From NCBI GenBank assembly GCA_037440465.1, contig JBBIUB010000001.1, forward strand, positions 32,001 through 96,000: a DNA stretch of 64,000 nucleotides. Reading direction: 5' to 3'. The position numbers and the translations under genes were made by a program. Below the pieces are notes generated by a model. The model was not told where the DNA came from. It ran no database searches and worked only from the letters and a program-made list of their open reading frames with translations. Below are positions 58,340 through 64,000 of this stretch, in pieces. Source of the DNA: Coprothermobacterota bacterium. Lineage in GTDB: Bacteria > Coprothermobacterota > HKB111. Position 1 is the stretch's first letter, and each line of letters begins with the position of its first letter.

Positions 58340-58761
58340 TAGATGTTCACCTTGACTTTATTTGCAATTCTATTCTTAAGGGATAAAGCGCCTGGAGCAC
58401 AGACTTTTACACAATGAGGGTCACCATTACATAAATCACAGATGTAGACTCCTCCCCAGAGGAGTTCTATATGTACTCCAGCATAAGGACAGGCCTTTAC
58501 ACAATCACCACACAAATCACAAAGTTCTGGTATCAAAATCAAGACACCGAAAGACTCTACAAGAGCCTGTCTACGACAGGCAGGGATGCATTTAAGCTCT
58601 TTGCAGTGAATACAAACCCCGATTTCTACTTTCATACCATCATCCTTAACTCTAACCCTGCTCCTTAAGGAATTAACAACCCCATAATGAGAGAGGGAAC
58701 ATACTGCTTCGCAGGCTTTGCAGGAGGTGCAGAGTTCAGCCTTTATTTCTCTTAATTCCAT
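58339..58761 (-). CDS. 4x[4Fe-4S] ferredoxin-like subunit (DmsB/WorS-like)
   Basis: CTSCKACEAVC, CIHC..KC..AC, CDLCGDCVKACP and CDLC....HCVKVC motifs. Confidence 0.9.
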   Translation of the reverse strand: MELREIKAELCTSCKACEAVCSLSHYGVVNSLRSRVRVKDDGMKVEIGVCIHCKELKCIPACRRQALVESFGVLILIPELCDLCGDCVKACPYAGVHIELLWGGVYICDLCNGDPHCVKVCAPGALSLKNRIANKVKVNI

Positions 58762-59900
58762 AAAAGTCCTCCTTTAAGAAGACTGAATTCGGTAAACCCT
58801 AAAATAAAATAAGGTTGCTTACTTTCCTCTTGAGGTTCTAGGAAAGCAGTTACTATAATTTTTTCACCCTGCGGAAGGATGAAGTGTTTATCCTTATATC
58901 TCACTTCTCCGCCAGTCTTCATCTCAAAGAGACGGGACAACTCCTCCTCCCAGTTCAATATTTTTAGATCATCTATAAAGATATCTTCCCTTCTCCCCAG
59001 AAAAGCCAGAACCTCAAAGGGGTGAAGGGTTAATCTATCCTGCTTACTTTTTAGACAGGTCGTAATAATCACCGATTGAGGAGTATTATCTTTCACGAGC
59101 TGGAAAGGATCCACCTCCTGACCCTGCCTGGTCTTTTCAAGGAGATCTAATAAATAAGAAGTTAGGTATCCCTTTATCTCCCGTGGCATCAAAGCCTCAA
59201 GAATCAAAGACCAGTTTCTTTCACCCAGAGCTTCAAGTAGAGGTTCAGGGTAGTAAAGGATATTAACCTCTTCCAGAGCTTTGACCTGTGGTATATGAGA
59301 AAGAGGAGATAAACCTTTTGCAGGGCACACCTGCACGCAAAAACCACACCCCGTACATAACTCTTTGACAATCCCTATCTCCTTGGAAAGAGAGTCTAGA
59401 TAAAGAGCCTTAGCCTCTGTTAGTGCACAAGCAAAAACACAGCGACCACATAGAATGCACTTACCTCTTTCATAAACTAGACTATGTGGCCAGATCCTGA
59501 TCTTACCTTCCACCAGCGGAGCAACTTTATAGTATGAAGAAAAGTCTACACCTACTTCTCTACCCCTGTCTATTAGCTCGCAGAGGGGCTCCTTAAGACA
59601 GGTTAAACACTGAATCTCGTGTTCCTGCCATAATAACTCGAGGATTCCCTTTCTCAGGTTATTTAGTTTTGGAGTTTCAGTAAATACTTTTAAGTCTTCT
59701 CTTGCTGGATAATTGCAGGATGTAGTCACTTCACCATCATTGATTTCCACTAAACAGATACGGCAGTGCCCTCCAGGATGAACACCTCTAAGATTGCAAA
59801 GGGTTGGTATGTAATAACCATTTCTTCTAACTACATCCAGAATGGTTTCTCCCGATAAAAATTCAACTTTTCTGCTATTTACTTCCAAGTTCTCCTCCAA
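58752..59900 (-). CDS. NuoG/HydA N-terminal-like Fe-S subunit without an H-cluster
   Basis: [2Fe-2S] IPTLC..GHCRICLVE..SC; HEIQCLTC.....C; CILCGRCVFAC; CTGCGFCVQVCP; degenerate C-terminal domain. Confidence 0.82.
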   Translation of the reverse strand: MEENLEVNSRKVEFLSGETILDVVRRNGYYIPTLCNLRGVHPGGHCRICLVEINDGEVTTSCNYPAREDLKVFTETPKLNNLRKGILELLWQEHEIQCLTCLKEPLCELIDRGREVGVDFSSYYKVAPLVEGKIRIWPHSLVYERGKCILCGRCVFACALTEAKALYLDSLSKEIGIVKELCTGCGFCVQVCPAKGLSPLSHIPQVKALEEVNILYYPEPLLEALGERNWSLILEALMPREIKGYLTSYLLDLLEKTRQGQEVDPFQLVKDNTPQSVIITTCLKSKQDRLTLHPFEVLAFLGRREDIFIDDLKILNWEEELSRLFEMKTGGEVRYKDKHFILPQGEKIIVTAFLEPQEESKQPYFILGFTEFSLLKGGLLWN

Positions 59901-61047
59901 AGTCTTTATAAAACTTCCTTAGAAAAATGCTTGCTCCTTTACCCAAACCACAGAGCGATGCCTTCGTCATGAGATAAAGAATCTCCTCTCTTATATATTC
60001 AGGGAGATAAGGCCTTCTGAATAATAGGGATAAGCCGGACCTACAAGGAACACACTTCCCACAGGATTCGGTTAAAGCAGAGTCTAGAAAAGAAACCAGG
60101 TATTGAGAAGGTGAAAAGGGTTCCTCCAGAACCACCAGACCTGCGCCCAAGCCTGTACCAAAGTTCCTAAAGCTTTCAAAACTATAAGGCACTTCAAGCT
60201 CTTCTCTCCTATTAAGAATTATTCCACCCAATCCTCCAATATGAACACCAACATAATCATTAGATAAAAAAGATAGCAAGTCTTTAACTTTTACACCAAG
60301 TGGTGATTCTCCCACATATGTCCCAGAAGAAGTTGTTACGGTTATGATCTTTGTTCCCTGGTTACAATTCTGACTACCCATTTCGGAATATCCATTACCA
60401 TTAAATAGAACCAGGCTTAACTGAGCCAGAGTTTCCACATTACTCACCACCGTTGGGTAACCGAAGAGACCTTTCTCCACAGGATAAGGAGGTTTATCCA
60501 GAGGAAATCCAGCAAAAACCCTCTTATCTATTAAAGATATGAGGGCAGTTTCCTCTCCCTCCACATATCTTCCCCTGGTAAAAAAGAGATGTATCCTGAC
60601 CTTTAAAAGGTCTTCCACCATATGAAAATAGGGTTTCAGCCTATCTCCTTCAGATAAATATTCATGTCTTAAAGCAAAATATACTTCACTAACGCCAAGG
60701 GTTTTAATGGAAGCAGCCAGAGCCAGAACTATTCGCTGAGGCGACCTCCTCAAAAGGAAGAAGTCGCTATATATCCCCTTTTCTCCTTCACAACCGTTAG
60801 CTATCAATATGCGAGGAGGTCTGTTTTTTAAAGCTAATTGCCACTTTAGGTGAAGAGGAAAGCCTCCGCCCCCCCTACCTCTGAGATTACTCCTCTCAAC
60901 TAAGTGAATAATCTCTTCAGAGCTCAAACTCTGTAATCTTTCTAATACTTCACTCAGACTTATATCCCGTAGGATTGACTCTAAGTAGGGAGGTTTGGTC
61001 AAAGTTGTTATTCGGGGTATAACCTTGCCATGCAATTCAACTTTCAA
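59875..61047 (-). CDS. Short NuoF/HydB-like NADH/FMN-binding subunit
   Basis: LRGRGGGGFP..KW, NGCEGE, GEETALI, KPPYP, NVETL, ESCGKCVPCR and SLCGLG motifs. Confidence 0.88.
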   Translation of the reverse strand: MKVELHGKVIPRITTLTKPPYLESILRDISLSEVLERLQSLSSEEIIHLVERSNLRGRGGGGFPLHLKWQLALKNRPPRILIANGCEGEKGIYSDFFLLRRSPQRIVLALAASIKTLGVSEVYFALRHEYLSEGDRLKPYFHMVEDLLKVRIHLFFTRGRYVEGEETALISLIDKRVFAGFPLDKPPYPVEKGLFGYPTVVSNVETLAQLSLVLFNGNGYSEMGSQNCNQGTKIITVTTSSGTYVGESPLGVKVKDLLSFLSNDYVGVHIGGLGGIILNRREELEVPYSFESFRNFGTGLGAGLVVLEEPFSPSQYLVSFLDSALTESCGKCVPCRSGLSLLFRRPYLPEYIREEILYLMTKASLCGLGKGASIFLRKFYKDFGGELGSK

Positions 61048-61088
61048 GTATAGATACCTCCTTCCTTAATCTATGAAATAAAACAATC

Positions 61089-61508
61089 CTATTTCTTGCC
61101 CAACTCTTTTTCAATCTTCGACTTCAAATCATCTCTTATCTCTCTGAAAACAACCCTGATTTCTTCTTCGCTACCTGTCGCCTCTGCAGGGTCAGGGAAA
61201 CTCCAGTGAAGATATTTTGTCGCTGTTCCGGGGAAAAAGGGACAGGTAGCCCTGGCTTTATCGCACACTGTTATTACAAAATCAAATTCCTGTCCCAGGA
61301 ACTCCTTCAGGGACTTTGATCTGTGATGAGATATGTTAATTCCTATCTCATCCATGACCTCAATAGATTTCGGGTTGACATTAGACGGGTGAGAACCAGC
61401 GCTGAAGACTTCAAAATTGTTTCCATAAAAGTGACGCAAAATCCCTTCAGCCATCTGAGACCGGGCAGAGTTCTGGGTACAGAGAAACATAACCTTTTTT
61501 TTCACCAC
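61089..61508 (-). CDS. arsC: Thioredoxin-coupled arsenate reductase (LMW-PTP fold)
   Basis: CTQNSARSQMAE, VC..A...CP and HW.F.DP motifs. Confidence 0.85.
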   Translation of the reverse strand: MVKKKVMFLCTQNSARSQMAEGILRHFYGNNFEVFSAGSHPSNVNPKSIEVMDEIGINISHHRSKSLKEFLGQEFDFVITVCDKARATCPFFPGTATKYLHWSFPDPAEATGSEEEIRVVFREIRDDLKSKIEKELGKK

Positions 61509-61522
61509 AGGATTATCCTCTA

Positions 61523-62167
61523 TTAATCGGGGAGGACATAGAAAAGCATAGCGATGTAATGACTAATACTACCACCAAGAACAAAGAGGTGCCAGATTGT
61601 ATGGTTAAATGGGATCTTTCTAATAGCAAAAAATATTACTCCCAGGCTGTAAAATAAACCACCAATAATCAACCAGATAACTCCTCCTGCAGGTAATCTC
61701 TGAAGCAAGGGGCCAAAAGCCACAACAGCTAACCAACCCATTAATAGATAAAATGTAGTAGAAAGAATTTCATACCTTGTCTTAAAAATAATCTTATAAG
61801 TTATTCCCATAAGACCTAATCCCCAGATAATACCAAGTATAGTCCACCCCCATATTCCTCTTAAAGTCACCAGGGCAAAGGGAGTGTAAGTGCCTGCTAT
61901 TAATATATAAATTGCAGAATGGTCTATTATTCTGAAGATGCTTTTTACTTTCTTTTGCTGGAAACTATGGTAAAATGTAGAAGCTGCATATAACAAAACC
62001 AGGCTGGAACCATAAATACTAAAACTAACTATCCGCCAGACATCTCCTTTTGAACTTGCCAAAACCAGTAACATAACCAGACCAAAGATACTCAATCCAA
62101 AGCCAATTCCATGAGTGATACTATTAGCTATCTCTTCAGCAAAACTTTTTATTCTGGACCTAATCAT
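61523..62167 (-). CDS. Hemolysin III/PAQR family membrane protein
   Basis: EEIANSITHG, STFYH, DHSAIYILIAGTYTP and HTIWHLFV motifs. Start set to ATG 62167 after GGAGG. Confidence 0.92.
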   Translation of the reverse strand: MIRSRIKSFAEEIANSITHGIGFGLSIFGLVMLLVLASSKGDVWRIVSFSIYGSSLVLLYAASTFYHSFQQKKVKSIFRIIDHSAIYILIAGTYTPFALVTLRGIWGWTILGIIWGLGLMGITYKIIFKTRYEILSTTFYLLMGWLAVVAFGPLLQRLPAGGVIWLIIGGLFYSLGVIFFAIRKIPFNHTIWHLFVLGGSISHYIAMLFYVLPD

Positions 62168-63542
62168 CCCTGCTACCTCCAACATCATGATCAGGTAAAA
62201 GGTCTTCTGCTTCCCTAATTGCTTTGAAAGTATAACTACCCAAACCAACAAGAGCCCCTAACAACCCAAAAATTATAAACATTAAACTCATCCCTGAACC
62301 TTTATCAGTACCGACTAACCAACCAAAGGATAAGGCGAGAGTTGAATTATTACTCATAGCAGGTTCAAATACATAATCAGCCAGTGGACCTGCAATAAGC
62401 ATTGCTACAGGAGCGGTTATCTGGGCAATTAATCTTCTGACAGCAAAAACGCGCCCCTGTACATCAGGTGCTACCTTAGCCTGCCATATTCCCTGGTTGG
62501 AACCGTTAATTATAGGCAAGAAGAATGATGCAAAGAAGGAAGCTATCATCCATATTGGAAGGTTATGGCCAGCTCCCATCAAAACCATGCCCAGAAGGCT
62601 ACTTCCCACCATCCCCAGTAATACTCCATGTACTCGTTGTTTTGGCCCTCCCCATATACTTAATAAAAGAGCACCGAGAACTCCACCAACACCTGAGGTT
62701 GACCAAACGCTTCCCAGAATCACAGAATTATTTCCAGTACGAGCAAGAATCATTGGTGCAAGGACGGTATAGGCAATAGTGGCCATAAAGTTACTGGCAA
62801 AAAATACCAGTTGAAGACCCAGAAGACTTGGTCGTTGTAAGATATATTCAAATCCATATAGGGATTCCCGCCAGATACTTCCTTTCCCTTTCTGACCAGC
62901 TTCGGTTTTAGGAGGTTGAGGTATATACACCATAAGGAGAGCACCAATAGCAAAAATAAAAGTTAATATATCAATGGTCATAACACCTGCTATTCCAATA
63001 AACTTAAGTAAAATCCCAGCCAATATAGGAGCAGCAATTACTGAAGCTGAGTCGGCCAGAGAAAGCATTCCACTTGCCCTCGTATAGTGTTTTTTGGGAA
63101 GCATCATAGTTATAGCAGCAGAGTAGGCAGGAAATTGGAAGGCCTGGAAGGCGCCTGTTATGGCACCAGTAATAAACAGGTGCCAGATCTGAAGTTTGCC
63201 TGTAATATACAGTGTAAGAACTATAATAGTCATAATCCCTGCTATAAGGTCAGTCATTATCATGATTGTTTTTCGATTCCACCTGTCCACAAGAGCACCA
63301 GCTATGGGGCTTAATATAACAGTAGGTCCAAAAGAGAAAAAAGCCACCAGCGCCAGGGCAGTTACCTTACCTGTTATCTGCCATGCCCAGATTGTCAGGG
63401 CAAAACCGGTCATAGTTGTTCCAAGCAGAGAAACTAATTGCCCAAACCAGACCACCGTAAAACCAGGCATCCCGGTAAAACGATTTCTTTCATCATTAAA
63501 GGATTTATCTTCTGAGCTATTAGTATTTTTTACTTCATCCAA
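62160..63542 (-). CDS. MFS efflux transporter (DHA3/Mef-like)
   Basis: WFGQLVSLLG, GALVDRWNRK, FQFPAY and Q..V..DVQGRVF motifs. Confidence 0.88.
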   Translation of the reverse strand: MDEVKNTNSSEDKSFNDERNRFTGMPGFTVVWFGQLVSLLGTTMTGFALTIWAWQITGKVTALALVAFFSFGPTVILSPIAGALVDRWNRKTIMIMTDLIAGIMTIIVLTLYITGKLQIWHLFITGAITGAFQAFQFPAYSAAITMMLPKKHYTRASGMLSLADSASVIAAPILAGILLKFIGIAGVMTIDILTFIFAIGALLMVYIPQPPKTEAGQKGKGSIWRESLYGFEYILQRPSLLGLQLVFFASNFMATIAYTVLAPMILARTGNNSVILGSVWSTSGVGGVLGALLLSIWGGPKQRVHGVLLGMVGSSLLGMVLMGAGHNLPIWMIASFFASFFLPIINGSNQGIWQAKVAPDVQGRVFAVRRLIAQITAPVAMLIAGPLADYVFEPAMSNNSTLALSFGWLVGTDKGSGMSLMFIIFGLLGALVGLGSYTFKAIREAEDLLPDHDVGGSRDD

Positions 63543-63630
63543 ATTTATTCTTCCTCCAACTAATATATAGGGATGATTCTCACGTACTTAAAAAAAGTTT
63601 TCAATTACATTCAAGTAAGCTGTTTTTATC

Positions 63631-64000
63631 TTATTTCATAGAAGCACAATGGCTATATAATACATCGTTCAATATTTTATTTAAAGCCGCTGATGATTTT
63701 ATCATGAGCTCATCTTCATCAATAAATAGTAGTTTGCCATTTAAACATAATGGTTTACCGTCAACAATGGTGGACTCTACTGAATAAGCATTTAATGCAT
63801 AAACCAGGAGAGAGTAAGGATTAGCCTCACCAATAGGCCAGGCATTAATCTTTTTGGGATTTATGATAACCATATCTGCTTTTTTCCCCACTTCTAAACT
63901 ACCAACCTCTTTATTTAGACCCAGGGCTTTTGCACCTCCCAGCGTTGCCAGAGTAAAAGTAGTTTCCGCAGGCATAGTTGTAGGTCCATGAATTGGCTTT
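63631..64000 (-). CDS. C-terminus of an MtaD/AtzA-family amidohydrolase (start outside window)
   Basis: ATLGGAKALGL..EVGSLEVGKKAD...P.S.LVY...V..TIVDGK motif. Confidence 0.82.
   Translation of the reverse strand, partial: KPIHGPTTMPAETTFTLATLGGAKALGLNKEVGSLEVGKKADMVIINPKKINAWPIGEANPYSLLVYALNAYSVESTIVDGKPLCLNGKLLFIDEDELMIKSSAALNKILNDVLYSHCASMK

Noticed and set aside
58752..59900. [FeFe]-hydrogenase catalytic subunit
   Set aside because: The H-cluster motifs (TSCCP, MPCxxKxxE, ExMxCxxGCxxG) are absent or vestigial.
61089..61508. Arsenic-resistance island
   Set aside because: arsC stands alone, with no arsR, arsB/acr3, arsA or arsD nearby.
61523..62167. Hemolysin or virulence factor
   Set aside because: HlyIII/PAQR proteins are widespread membrane-homeostasis proteins; the name does not imply toxicity.
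2752..63570. Many short ORFs in the track that overlap annotated genes (e.g. 2752-2994, 12804-13271, 26376-26813, 53177-53566, 57009-57338, 63196-63570)
   Set aside because: They are antisense or off-frame to well-supported genes and lack family motifs.

Overview
Gene-dense, AT-rich bacterial chromosome segment. Peptidoglycan genes, SLH domains, class II LysS, GreA and Shine-Dalgarno sites point to a bacterium, and the enzyme content points to an anaerobe; the lineage cannot be fixed from sequence alone. From left to right it holds: a cell-envelope and housekeeping minus-strand run (O-antigen-ligase-like, LCP, murJ, murA, wecB, TagO/WecA-like, upp, rpiB, DegV, tRNA-Arg, lysS, greA) headed by an acyl-ACP-reductase-like gene pair; tRNA-Thr and a ~210-bp element of inverted 8-mer arrays; an amine-dehydrogenase-like/tdh/kbl/rsmA/ispE operon; a GAF-GGDEF protein; an SLH 5'-nucleotidase; ahcY and small-molecule kinases; a nucleoside uptake/salvage operon divergent from an ADP-ribosylglycohydrolase; a split MgtE pair; purA/purB; serS; an isolated acsE-acsD pair; an archaeal-type Hel308 helicase; a decayed DNA-glycosylase gene ending in an attC-like site; a tungsten AOR operon with NuoF-like and H-cluster-less HydA-like partners; and arsC, HlyIII and MFS genes. 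I found no rRNA, CRISPR array, integrase or transposase. The best candidates for under-described biology are the minimal NuoE-less NAD-linked AOR complex, the acyl-ACP-reductase-like pair, the ADP-ribosylglycohydrolase-linked salvage locus, the amine-dehydrogenase-like gene heading tdh-kbl, and the 8-mer and attC-like non-coding elements. All functional calls come from reading motifs by eye; no database searches were run.
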